DNA from: a virus
Strand: one strand, 5' to 3'
Virus record (IMG/VR): IMGVR_UViG_3300009506_000008
Location: 37,021-101,020 of that record
DNA: 64,000 bases
Each line of letters opens with the position of its first letter. Position 1 is the first letter of the stretch. The position numbers and the translations under genes are program-made. The notes below the pieces were generated by a model. That model was not told the DNA's origin. It worked only from the letters and a program-made list of their open reading frames with translations, and ran no database searches. Of this stretch, positions 24,386-34,200 are shown in pieces.

Positions 24386-26023
24386 ATGGCCAAGATTACC
24401 GACCCCGATAGCCTAACCAGATGCACCACAGGTCAGTTAGGGACGGACGGGAACTTGGAAATCGACACGACCAACCATACTCTCGGTCTGGCTGCGTACG
24501 GGTCGCTTTCCGATTCTGGTTCGTCCGCCACAAACGGAGTCAGCCTTCAAGCGGTGTACTCCAAACTCAAGGAACTGTGGAAGTCGGAATCGGATCTCCC
24601 GGTGGAAAAGTTCCCCATCGAGGCGCTTCAACCAGACAAGTACGAAGTCAAGAACGGCTGGACGTGGAAGGATGCTAACACGAGAACACTTCTGCGTGAC
24701 GGCGGCTGGGCTGTACTAGACACTTCCGAAGTCACTCAGAATGCCGAGGAAATGTTCATGAACGTCATCTCCCTCGGTTCGTTCGATGACAGCGCGAACG
24801 ACTTGGCGTACTTCCAGCGTACGGATGGAGGTGATCCGGTAGACTTCGACTTCAACGGCGAGGTTAACCAGGGCGTCCAGATCTATCAGGACGACAATGC
24901 GGATGGCACGCCAGACAACGACTGGCGCGACTACTTCGTCATGTTCCTGCGCGAGGAACAGAAGACGTATGACCGGTACGACCTGATCACCGAGCAGGGC
25001 ATCAGCCAGCTGACATACATCACGTACAAGTTGCCGTTGTCCAACGGCACGGACCTCAAAGCGTCGGTGACGGACTTGACCATCGACTCCAACACCGATT
25101 ACGACCCTGAAGGCGACTACGCGAACATGACCATCGAGTGGTTGTACGGATCGGCTGGTCGGTTCAACATTCGGGGCAATGCTGCGATTGACACTTACGC
25201 TGTGGATGACGTGGTCAAAGACGGCGACTCTCCGGCGCGGTGGGCGAAGTGTACGGGTGCTGGCACGATCACGGGCGGTGAAAGCGGTCCTTACGCATCC
25301 TTCACCGGTACTGCGACTTGGGCTGCTTACACCGAGGGCGAACACCAAATCGGTACCAGTTACTACGCTTTCACCGTCGAGATCGACTTCGATTCCAAGG
25401 TCATGCAGAAGGGTTACGAGTTCGTCCAATGGCGACTCCGCAACCCGGTTGGGCAGGACATTGACGACAACGCCACCGGAACCTACGTTGGTAAGATCGC
25501 GCCCGAGCTTCTGTACTACATCGGTGACGTACTTCACACGATGCCGGAAGTTTGGATCGCCAATTACAACTCCGGTGACGTGAACAGCATCGTGTTCCAC
25601 GATCACACAGACACTGGACGACAGTTCCCGTATACTGCATCCATTACCCTCAACTTCAACCAGAACTTGCAGGATGATAGTGGACCTGCTGAGTACTGGC
25701 TGTTCTTCCTCGATCCCGAGGGCGATGGCTCGACCAACATCTGGCCGGGACAGAATGCCATCGTTGTGGACGATGACACGACAGCCAACATCGAGGGCAA
25801 CATTTCCGGTCCCAGCGTCTCCAAGGGATTCGCAATCGACACCAACACTCAGGGTTCCGAGACGAACTACACCACTGCGAGCGGTCCAGTTCCTGTTGTG
25901 GCTGTAGCGGCTGGAACAGACAAAGCGCAGTACGTGTTCCAGACCGGCGTAATCGACCGTACCACAACGAACAGCATCACGCTCAATGCCGCACTGGAGA
26001 GAAACTACTCCAACCCGGCATAA
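24386..26023 (+). CDS. Abundant virion structural protein, putative filament subunit, ending ERNYSNPA
   Basis: SD AGGAGG; capsid-like codon bias; followed by a strong hairpin. Confidence 0.75.
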   Translation: MAKITDPDSLTRCTTGQLGTDGNLEIDTTNHTLGLAAYGSLSDSGSSATNGVSLQAVYSKLKELWKSESDLPVEKFPIEALQPDKYEVKNGWTWKDANTRTLLRDGGWAVLDTSEVTQNAEEMFMNVISLGSFDDSANDLAYFQRTDGGDPVDFDFNGEVNQGVQIYQDDNADGTPDNDWRDYFVMFLREEQKTYDRYDLITEQGISQLTYITYKLPLSNGTDLKASVTDLTIDSNTDYDPEGDYANMTIEWLYGSAGRFNIRGNAAIDTYAVDDVVKDGDSPARWAKCTGAGTITGGESGPYASFTGTATWAAYTEGEHQIGTSYYAFTVEIDFDSKVMQKGYEFVQWRLRNPVGQDIDDNATGTYVGKIAPELLYYIGDVLHTMPEVWIANYNSGDVNSIVFHDHTDTGRQFPYTASITLNFNQNLQDDSGPAEYWLFFLDPEGDGSTNIWPGQNAIVVDDDTTANIEGNISGPSVSKGFAIDTNTQGSETNYTTASGPVPVVAVAAGTDKAQYVFQTGVIDRTTTNSITLNAALERNYSNPA

Positions 26024-26045
26024 GGGCATATCCTTCAGGGTTAGT

Positions 26046-26073
26046 TGGCCGACTCCTTTCGGGGAGTCGGCCA
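26046..26073 (+). terminator. UUCG-loop hairpin after the 545-aa gene
   Basis: TGGCCGACTCCT-TTCG-GGGAGTCGGCCA. Confidence 0.65.
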
Positions 26074-26090
26074 CTTGATGGGAAAGAACG

Positions 26091-27389
26091 ATGGCCGATC
26101 CCGTAACCTTCGACGGACCAGGGAACCAGATCAACGTCGATTTTGGTGTGACGGAGATCGACGTTCGCCGGGATCTGTACAGTGCTTGGAAAAGATGGGT
26201 GATTACTGGAGAGGGGGCCAAGTACATGCCCCTCATGCGGACGGTTGCTGGTGACGATCTCGGTGGAGGGAAGAAGCTAGGTTCTGCTTACTTCATGTTG
26301 GAAGGGTGCAAGATCAAGCCTCACGAAGCTAGCCACACGTTGAATGTTACCGGTAGCTTGTTCGTGGAGAATGCGGCAACGTACGGGGATGACCCGTTTA
26401 TTCCTACCACGGGAGCTTACACAGTCAGCATCAGGTCTGCAACTTCTGAGGTCTTGTTGGCAGATGTCGAAGAGACCAATCTCATCCCTCATCTAGGAGC
26501 CATCTACTACGACGAGAACGCCAACAATACCGGAACTGTAGTAGGGACTGATGGGGTTCCCGGCAATCCTGTTAGTTCTGAGGCAGCGATTCACGGGTTA
26601 CACGATCAATCAGGTCTAAACCTTGTGCGTATTATGGGGACGCTAACGTTATCCGAGGATCATGCCGAACCGTGGATGTACGAGGGATTGAATCCTTCGT
26701 CTATGTTGAACATGGATGGGTACAGTGTTGACGGTGGTCGTATCTCCCGAATGGGTGTTACTGGACAACAGGGCGGGAGCGGACAAGTTCAATGGGATAT
26801 GGTGGTATGTTCCGGGGTAACCAACGCTTTTGTATTCGGTGACAAGGTATGGCTAAAGGGCGACTTAGAAGTCAGGGCCGGTAGCCATGTCCTAACCAAC
26901 GTATTCGATTCGGTGCCTGGAGATGACGAACCTGTCCTGTCCTTCGGGAGTTCTTCTGCTACCGAAGTGAACATTCAGAACTACCGTGGCGAGCTAGAGA
27001 TTGCCAACATGGGGGCCAACCATAAGATCGAGTTCGCCGGTTCCGATGCGGAGATCATTATCCTAGCCAGTTGCACCGGGGGCACGATTGAGGTTTACGG
27101 GTCGGTGTTGGTAGTAGATCAATCTGGGGGTGCTGTAACGGTCATAGACGAACGCCAAACAGCCGATGCGACAACCACCGCCGATGCTGTTTGGGCTCAT
27201 GCGACGGCTACCTCGTTCCTCAGCAAGATTGGCAGTCTGTGGAACAAACTCTGGCCTAAGAAACGCACGTTCGTCAAGGATAGCGACACGCAGTACACTG
27301 AAACGATCTACGAACAGGACGGAGTTACCCCGGAGGCTTCATTTACTCATACCAAGTCCGGGGATGACGAGTCGGTGGACCGTGTATGA
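26091..27389 (+). CDS. Virion-associated protein, N-terminal domain apparently paralogous to the 545-aa protein
   Basis: VTFD...DLYSAWKRW...YFMLEG; central beta-solenoid-like region; ADAVW motif. Confidence 0.75.
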   Translation: MADPVTFDGPGNQINVDFGVTEIDVRRDLYSAWKRWVITGEGAKYMPLMRTVAGDDLGGGKKLGSAYFMLEGCKIKPHEASHTLNVTGSLFVENAATYGDDPFIPTTGAYTVSIRSATSEVLLADVEETNLIPHLGAIYYDENANNTGTVVGTDGVPGNPVSSEAAIHGLHDQSGLNLVRIMGTLTLSEDHAEPWMYEGLNPSSMLNMDGYSVDGGRISRMGVTGQQGGSGQVQWDMVVCSGVTNAFVFGDKVWLKGDLEVRAGSHVLTNVFDSVPGDDEPVLSFGSSSATEVNIQNYRGELEIANMGANHKIEFAGSDAEIIILASCTGGTIEVYGSVLVVDQSGGAVTVIDERQTADATTTADAVWAHATATSFLSKIGSLWNKLWPKKRTFVKDSDTQYTETIYEQDGVTPEASFTHTKSGDDESVDRV

Positions 27390-27955
27390 ACAAGAGCGCC
27401 TTGACAGACGGGGGGTTCGGGCTATTCGACGGTCAAGCCTTGTCCGTTGGTACGGACGGGGGAATCTGGTTCAGTCAGTGGTCTTACCTAGACGTTCCGG
27501 TGGGTTTGAACTTAGACATCCGCTGGGACATATACCAGATCATCGGGAAGGACACGGAACTAGCTTGGAACATATACACCGTGATCGGTGTATCGTCCTC
27601 CGTGCTTTGGGATCTCTTCCATTTGGTGGGGGTCAACTCCCGGTGGTATTGGGATCTGGATGGTCTGAGGGCTCGGACTCCTTCGCCGGATGCCCGAGAC
27701 AGAACGATCATCGTACCCGCTGCGATAAACCGCATCATTGTTGTTCCTGCGGACGTGGAGACGATGATTGCCGTTGGTCGGACGTTTGGAGAGGTACAGA
27801 GAGGGCGGTCCACCTCCGCTGTCCCGACCGGACGACGAACTGTCAACGTTCCTACCGAGTCAAATGTGTCAAAGGTAGGAACACCGGCAGGTTCGACTAC
27901 CGTGAAATCAAAACGCACTTCGGTAGCAGTGGAGGCACAGGACAATGAGCGCTGA
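27386..27955 (+). CDS. Putative fibre/whisker-like structural protein
   Basis: ~14-aa W-D-I/L repeats then RT-hydrophobic-VP repeats; ATGA overlap. Confidence 0.65.
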   Translation: MNKSALTDGGFGLFDGQALSVGTDGGIWFSQWSYLDVPVGLNLDIRWDIYQIIGKDTELAWNIYTVIGVSSSVLWDLFHLVGVNSRWYWDLDGLRARTPSPDARDRTIIVPAAINRIIVVPADVETMIAVGRTFGEVQRGRSTSAVPTGRRTVNVPTESNVSKVGTPAGSTTVKSKRTSVAVEAQDNER

Positions 27956-28232
27956 CAACTGGACGAAGCAACCGAGTGAGGTGCTTGACTTCTACTTCGA
28001 CTTCTCTGTGTGGTTGACAAGTGTGGGAGAGACTTCGCTTGAGAGTGCGGTTGTCACAGTAGCCCCTACCGGACTGGACCTAGACGATTCTGGGATAGTG
28101 AGCTCTACGCGGGTTCAAATGTGGTTCTCCGGGGGATCCAACGGGACGGCTTACAAGGTCACGTGTGTCGGGACTACTCCCGGTGGCAGGACCAAAGAAT
28201 ACGAGAACTGGTTAGTGGTGAGAGATACATAA
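27945..28232 (+). CDS. Small Ig-like fibre adaptor-type protein
   Basis: KQPSEVLDFYFDFSVWL...SGG..G..YKV....T.GGRT.E pattern common in phage neck regions. Confidence 0.7.
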   Translation: MSADNWTKQPSEVLDFYFDFSVWLTSVGETSLESAVVTVAPTGLDLDDSGIVSSTRVQMWFSGGSNGTAYKVTCVGTTPGGRTKEYENWLVVRDT

Positions 28233-28741
28233 TGGCGATCCTAGCTGGCAACCTAGAGGTCCACCTTTCTGGTGGAGCTGGGAATACCGACCCGGATGCA
28301 AGTCTGGGAGGGGTGATTTCGCCGACGGAGATTGTTGACGCCACTCCTCACAATCTGTTCGGGGAGATCGACGGTGATATGGCAGCGGCGGGAGGTACCA
28401 CCTACCGTTGCATCTACGCCAAGAACGCGCACGGCTCGCTGACGTGGAAAGCGGTGAAGACATGGATATCCTCTCAGACTCCGAGTGCTTCTACGTCAAT
28501 CGAGATCGGGATAGGAACGTCAGCGGCGGGTGGGACAGAACAGACGATTGCAAACGAGACTACTTCACCTGTGGGGGTATCGTTTGCCAGCCCCTCAGCC
28601 AAGGCACAGGGACTTGCACTTGGAGACATTCCTGCGGGATCTCACAAGGCGATATGGGTAAAAAGGGTTGTAACGGCTGGGGCTTCGGCATATACTAATG
28701 ATGGATCTGTGATCCGTATCGAGGGCGATACGGCTCCGTGA
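28232..28741 (+). CDS. Virion structural protein (169 aa)
   Basis: LSGGAGN.DP.ASLGG, NLF, YRCIY.KN, AIWVKRVV pattern; TAATG overlap. Confidence 0.75.
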   Translation: MAILAGNLEVHLSGGAGNTDPDASLGGVISPTEIVDATPHNLFGEIDGDMAAAGGTTYRCIYAKNAHGSLTWKAVKTWISSQTPSASTSIEIGIGTSAAGGTEQTIANETTSPVGVSFASPSAKAQGLALGDIPAGSHKAIWVKRVVTAGASAYTNDGSVIRIEGDTAP

Positions 28742-28783
28742 GTAGGTTAGCGTGGCGGACGCGAGCCTGCAAAGGAGTAGGGG

Positions 28784-29272
28784 ATGGCCAGTCTAAAGTT
28801 GATTTTGAGCGGCATGGTATCGGCATTAGAGTCAGATACTCTGCTGGATACCTTTGCCAAGACGCTCAAAAAAGACGAGCCTGGGAGCGCCGGGCGACTG
28901 GTCGTGCTAAAGGGGAATGAGTTCCTCGCACGCGAGATCCCCCTGGAAAACTATCCCTTTACGATGTTTGTCATTGGGGATGAAATCGGGCAGGACTATG
29001 ACGCACCCGGAAGGTCCGTCAGACGCCAGTGCGATGTTCATTTCGCGTTCTTTGACAACAACACGTCCAGGGGTACTGACCGGGCTATCGACTTCGAGGA
29101 AAACATGGTGAGGGTGCTAGGCCGCTTCCTTTCCATGTCTGTAGTGGGTCCTAACAACCCCGATGGGTTGATACGGGACTTTGACGTAGGCCTCATCCTG
29201 GTAGATCGGGATGTCAACCGCCCGAAGGTGTTTCGGACCCTGCCGGTGGAGTTGGAATACACTACGGGCTAG
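28784..29272 (+). CDS. Putative tail terminator
   Basis: Size, YPF motif, position before the tail tube gene. Confidence 0.55.
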   Translation: MASLKLILSGMVSALESDTLLDTFAKTLKKDEPGSAGRLVVLKGNEFLAREIPLENYPFTMFVIGDEIGQDYDAPGRSVRRQCDVHFAFFDNNTSRGTDRAIDFEENMVRVLGRFLSMSVVGPNNPDGLIRDFDVGLILVDRDVNRPKVFRTLPVELEYTTG

Positions 29273-29500
29273 GTGGCAAGGAGACAGTTCATGTGGACAA
29301 TCAACTGCGGAGGTTGCGGTGAAACTATCCGCTCCAGCAAGGAACCTGGTCTCAAGGCGGACATTGCCTGCAAGTGCGGCCATACCACTTCCTACGATCC
29401 CAACGCGGTAGTAGACGAGCCCGAGGTCGCTGAGGAGGAGGAGGTTCCAGAGGAACCGGAAGAATCACCTGCGATCTTCAAACGCAAGCGGAGGAAATAG
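29273..29500 (+). CDS. Small zinc-ribbon protein with acidic tail (alternative start 29291)
   Basis: CGGC...CKCG. Confidence 0.65.
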   Translation: MARRQFMWTINCGGCGETIRSSKEPGLKADIACKCGHTTSYDPNAVVDEPEVAEEEEVPEEPEESPAIFKRKRRK

Positions 29501-29503
29501 AAC

Positions 29504-30223
29504 ATGCCCATCATCAAGGGAAAAGGCACTTTCATGACCCTGATTTCCGGGGCGTATAAGGGCTCGTTCTTCACCGGCGGGTCCAACGACGTATGGGTCC
29601 AGTCGTTGAGTTACGGACCCGCGTGGAAATCGGAAACGCAATCGGCCTTCGGAAGCAATGACCCGGTGTCCGTTGACGACACGTACGACGGCATCAGTTG
29701 TAGCTTCGACATCATCGAAACTGCGTCCAAGATGGCCTTGGAGATCCTCACCCGGCAAACGATTGGATCGGGTGTCGGATTTGACCCGTCCCTGTTCAAT
29801 ACCGCGTACCTGGTGGCGAACTTCAAAGACACGAAATGGGTCACGGGTGGTGCGGCTGCGGATGAGTACATCGGTTCCGTACTTCTCAAGGGCTTGAAGG
29901 TCGTCGCCGCAGATACGTCGAGTGCGGTTGACGGTGTTCAGACCAAGAAGTTCGATTTCGACGGAACGGGTGTCATCGAATACTCGCTGCCGCTCCTGGT
30001 TGACATCTTCACGTCGGCCGGTGGTGGCAATGAAGCGTTCACCCTGAGCGAAACTGCTTCTGCGTATCCCACTGGGGCCTACGCGCAGCTGGTGATGGTG
30101 GAGGACGCCGTGCAATCCAAGGCGGCTGGTGACTACACCGAAACGGCGACTGCGGTGACCATTGTCGCTGACATCGGCGCCAGTAAGACCGTCACCGTCA
30201 TTTACCCGTACGTGCCCACGTAA
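29504..30223 (+). CDS. Major tail (tube) protein
   Basis: Position before chaperone and tape measure; high-expression codon bias; downstream terminator. Confidence 0.78.
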   Translation: MPIIKGKGTFMTLISGAYKGSFFTGGSNDVWVQSLSYGPAWKSETQSAFGSNDPVSVDDTYDGISCSFDIIETASKMALEILTRQTIGSGVGFDPSLFNTAYLVANFKDTKWVTGGAAADEYIGSVLLKGLKVVAADTSSAVDGVQTKKFDFDGTGVIEYSLPLLVDIFTSAGGGNEAFTLSETASAYPTGAYAQLVMVEDAVQSKAAGDYTETATAVTIVADIGASKTVTVIYPYVPT

Positions 30224-30244
30224 TACCGGGTAGCACATGGCAAG

Positions 30245-30290
30245 TGGAGCCCCGGTTTGAGGTTTTCCCCTCTCCGGGGCTCCATTTCTT
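30245..30290 (+). terminator. Intrinsic terminator-like hairpin
   Basis: TGGAGCCCCGG...CCGGGGCTCCA followed by TTTCTT. Confidence 0.6.
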
Positions 30291-30314
30291 CTCACCCCAC
30301 AAAGGAGATTTGAG

Positions 30315-31112
30315 ATGGCGGAAGAAGCGAAGACCGAAGAAGTGGTTGAGAAAAGTCCTGCGGCACAGGCTGGAGAGCACGAGGACGAGGTCACCAAAAT
30401 TGTTGATGGGTGTTTGTACACGGAGTTCAAGGGCAAGCCCATCGTCTTCCATCCTCTGACTCTTCGAGACACGAGCGAGCTTACCCAACTCAAAGGTAAG
30501 TTGCTTCGCAAGTTGACAGCGGAGGGGGAACTGATCAACGAGTCCATGATAGAACCGATGGTCGCGAAGCGGGCCAAAGAAATGGGGATTCCAAAGAGGA
30601 TTCTCGATCCTCGTACTCAACAGCGGTGGTTTCAACGCATGTTCGACCTAGCTCCCAAAGCGATTACCGAGGGCGACAAGGAGGGGATGCTGGAGGGCTT
30701 GAGTAGCTTCGCGGACGAATTGACCGATGAGGAGTTTGAGGAACTCGGTTACGTGAATGCGGTCGTGGGACTGAGGAATACGCTAAATCTTTGCACCGTC
30801 GAAAACCAGGTAGCGTCGAACATGCTGAGGCATGAGATGGTCCGATCCGCTCGCACTCCCGAGGGGGAATTTTTCTGGGAGACAGTGGACAAGATCCTCG
30901 AAGAGGCTGACAACGACCTGGAACAGATCACGATGGAATTCAGAGCGTGGAAGAGTGGCCGAGGGCTGGATTTTTTACTCAGCTCGCCACGTCGGCTACG
31001 TGGCAAAGGTACTGGGCCTTCGCCCAAAGCGACCCCTGCAAAATCTTCAGAAGTCAGATCATCGAGTGGACGCAGGACCAAAAGGTCCTCTCGCAAGTCA
31101 GCCAAGTCATAG
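30315..31112 (+). CDS. Tail assembly chaperone (gpG-like)
   Basis: Between tube and tape measure; contains slippery T TTT TTA at 30971-30977. Confidence 0.82.
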   Translation: MAEEAKTEEVVEKSPAAQAGEHEDEVTKIVDGCLYTEFKGKPIVFHPLTLRDTSELTQLKGKLLRKLTAEGELINESMIEPMVAKRAKEMGIPKRILDPRTQQRWFQRMFDLAPKAITEGDKEGMLEGLSSFADELTDEEFEELGYVNAVVGLRNTLNLCTVENQVASNMLRHEMVRSARTPEGEFFWETVDKILEEADNDLEQITMEFRAWKSGRGLDFLLSSPRRLRGKGTGPSPKATPAKSSEVRSSSGRRTKRSSRKSAKS

Positions 31113-31285
31113 ACATCTTGAAGTCGTTTCCTCCGCATCACAGGGGAAACATAGAAGATATCAAGACGTGGGAGGAATTGGTCAAGCGTATCGAGGTCTG
31201 TCGTAGGGCTCAGGATGCGGGGGGAAGCAGAGGCGGCAGGTTTGAACCGACCAGAGCCAATTTCGGGGAAACGATAGTCTATTGA
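30971..31285 (+). CDS. -1 frameshift extension of the tail assembly chaperone (gpGT-like)
   Basis: Overlapping ORF is in the -1 frame and open from the slippery site to just before the tape measure start. Confidence 0.8.
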   Translation, partial: FFTQLATSATWQRYWAFAQSDPCKIFRSQIIEWTQDQKVLSQVSQVIDILKSFPPHHRGNIEDIKTWEELVKRIEVCRRAQDAGGSRGGRFEPTRANFGETIVY

Positions 31286-31292
31286 GGTGCCT

Positions 31293-34200
31293 ATGGCAAC
31301 TGGTGGAAGTGGAAAGGGCAAGGCGGCCAAGCTATCGGTTATCATAGAGGCCATTGATAACTTTTCAGAGGAGTTCCGCAAAGCGTCAGAAAATGCGGAA
31401 CGTTTTTCTGAGGCCCTTGATAAGGCATCTGGTTCGTACAACGCTTTCGTCCAGACCATCACTGCGATCCGGGGAGAGCTGACACGTCTCGGTGAAGAAG
31501 TCGATGTAGTCAAGAAAGCCCTCCAGAACCTCCGCAAGTCAGCCCAGTCTACGGCCCAATCTCAGGACAAGATGGGAGAGGCGGCCAAGGACACGGCAAA
31601 AGGTCTGAAGGATGTAGGTGAAGCGGCTGACAAGGCCGGGGACAAGTTAGATAGCGCCACCAAGGATACAAATGAGCTGAAGGAGTCGATGGATCAGGCT
31701 AAGGATACCCTACAGAAGGTAGGTAGGGCATTCCTGGCGTTGACCGCGGCTTCTCGTGCTTTTGCTCTTACCAAGCAGGTTGCTGGGGTATTCGCTGATC
31801 TGTCTGGTTCCTATGCGGATCTGGAATTACAGATCAAACGGATCGAAGCTATTTCCGGGGCCAGTGCCGATGCGATGTTGGGCGTAGCCAAAGCCGCTAC
31901 CAGTGCCGACATTGCAATGAAAGGCTTTGCTGGTGCGGAAGTAGCGGAGACGATGTTTGAATTCGCTCGTGCCGGTCAAACCATTGAATCCAGCATCATC
32001 GCCCTTCCAAGTATCACTTCTTTTGCCGTCGCCGGTACGCTAGATCTCAAGGACGCATTGAACACCGCTCTCGGTGTCATGTTCTCCTTCAAGACCGGTG
32101 CCGACGGTCTGTCCAAGTCCTTCGATATTATGACCCGAGCGGTGAACACGTCTCGCTTGGGTGCGGCAGAGTTCTCTGATGCGATTCGTACGGGCGGCGC
32201 GGCGGCTCAGATTGCTAACCAAGATTTGGCTAGCTTCTTGGGCGCAATCCGGTCCATGCGCGAGATCGGGATCACTGCATCCATGGCCGGTACTGCGTTC
32301 AAGACGGCTATGATGCAATCGATCATCGGACCTGCGAAGGATGCGCAGGATGTCATAGCCAAGTACGGTCTGCGGTTTCGTGATGCGGCGGGCAACGTTC
32401 GTCCATTCGCGGACATCATCGAGGAGTTAGAAGTCAAGCTCGGGGGGCTGTCGAGGGTTGCACGTGACGCAGCTTTGGCGGACTTGTTCGGGACACGCGG
32501 GATCCAAGCTGCCGTTGCCGGGTTGAGTGTTGGTAGTAAGGCGTTGCGAGCGTGGACACAGGACCTCAGAGACGCAGGGGACGAGACGGATCGGGTAGCG
32601 AACGTGATGCTTGAAGCCTTGTTCCAGAAAGTCAAGGCTCTCGGGGCAACGTTCGAGAATTTCAAGGCTGTCTATGGCGAGACGATGGCCCCGTTCGCTT
32701 CGGATCTCGTAGCTTGGTTGACTCGACTGTTGCAATCGTTCATCGAGCTGGACGATTCGGTCAAGAAGGGGCTTCTCGTTACGTTGGGAGTGGCGGGATT
32801 GGCGGGGGCATTGCTGGCTGTGGCGGGGGCAGCGGCAGGTGTCGTGGCTGCGATCTCGTTGATCACCGGCCTGTCGGCAGGGGTCATCGTAGGGATAGGT
32901 GGAATCGCTCTTGCGCTATCCGCAGCCATCGGGGCTCTGGTTGGATTTTCTGCGGCGGCTGAGGATGCTTTCAAGATTGTACCGGAAGGGTTTGACAAGC
33001 TGAAGAACGAAGCCGACCAGATTTCGGAGGCTTCTAAGTTCCTGGCAGCGGCTCTGAGAGAAATCCAGGAGTCGATTGGGGAGAATACTCTTCAGTTCGA
33101 GAACACTGCCGCAACGATCCGCGATCTGCGCAACTTGGGTACAGAATTCAACAAGCTTCATGGGAATGTGGTAGAGGGATCTGAGAAGCATCAACGATAC
33201 CTTCAGGTACTGAATGCTATCGGTGGATACCTACCGTCCGTGAAGAAACTGATCGAGGACGAAGCTGTCACGTTCGAGAATGTGAATGCGGCAATTCAGG
33301 CTGGGGTGGAAGAGAGGCTTTCCGGTCTTGAGAAGATGCGGGACAGCCAAGAACTTCTGCTGCGCCAGGAACAGGCGAACGTAGAAGAACAGATCAAGGT
33401 CAACAAGGGCAGGCTGGACAATATCAAAGCCTCTATGAAAGCTGAAAGGGGAGAGTACAACAAGCAGAAGGCTTTCCTTGATAGGATGGGTACCGAGTTG
33501 GGTAGGGGATCTTTCTATCAGGAGATCAGCCGTACCCAAGGAGGTCGAGCCCAAGACATCGTTGCTGATGTGGAGAGGATGATTGAGAGGGCTCGTGAGT
33601 ACGTAAAGACCCACGAGGAGCGCGAGGCAGCTTGGAAGAAGTCTCAGGAAGCTGCCCAGACGGCTCTCGATGCTGAGGAAACGAAGCTCGTAGAGGTCAA
33701 GAAGAAACTTCAAGAGCTTCTCCAGTTCGAGGGAGCTGAAGGGTGGTTTGCGAAGATTATCAGGGATCTCTTCGGTAAGGGAGGTGTTGAGCAACTATCC
33801 GAAGAGATGCAGAAGATCACCGACAATGCTTTGACCTATTGGGAGAAGTATCTCAGATCTCAGATTGTCCTAGCTCCGAACGATGCAGCCAAGAAGAAAG
33901 CCGAAGACGAACTGAACAAGTTCCGGGCTGACTACTTGGCTTTCTTCGATCCCTCGACGGGATTGTTCAAGTACGATGACGACTTCTACAAGTTCTTCAC
34001 CGGCATCCAGGAGAAGCTGGTAAAGGTCACTCAGAAGTACGACAACTTCTTCAAGGATCTGGCCGTCGCCGTCAGACTCGAACAGGATGCGGACAAGGCT
34101 GAGAAGAAAGCCGAAGAGACTGCCAAGAAGATCGCCAAGCATTACGAAGACTCGGTGATCAAGACGGTACAGGTTCTTCAGCAGCTCATGAAGGCTGGGG

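Noticed and set aside
24716-26236. 506-aa minus-strand ORF, and similar ones opposite the scaffold, capsid, tube and tail genes
   Set aside because: Mirror frames produced by strong codon bias of the sense gene; V/R/G-rich composition and no SD
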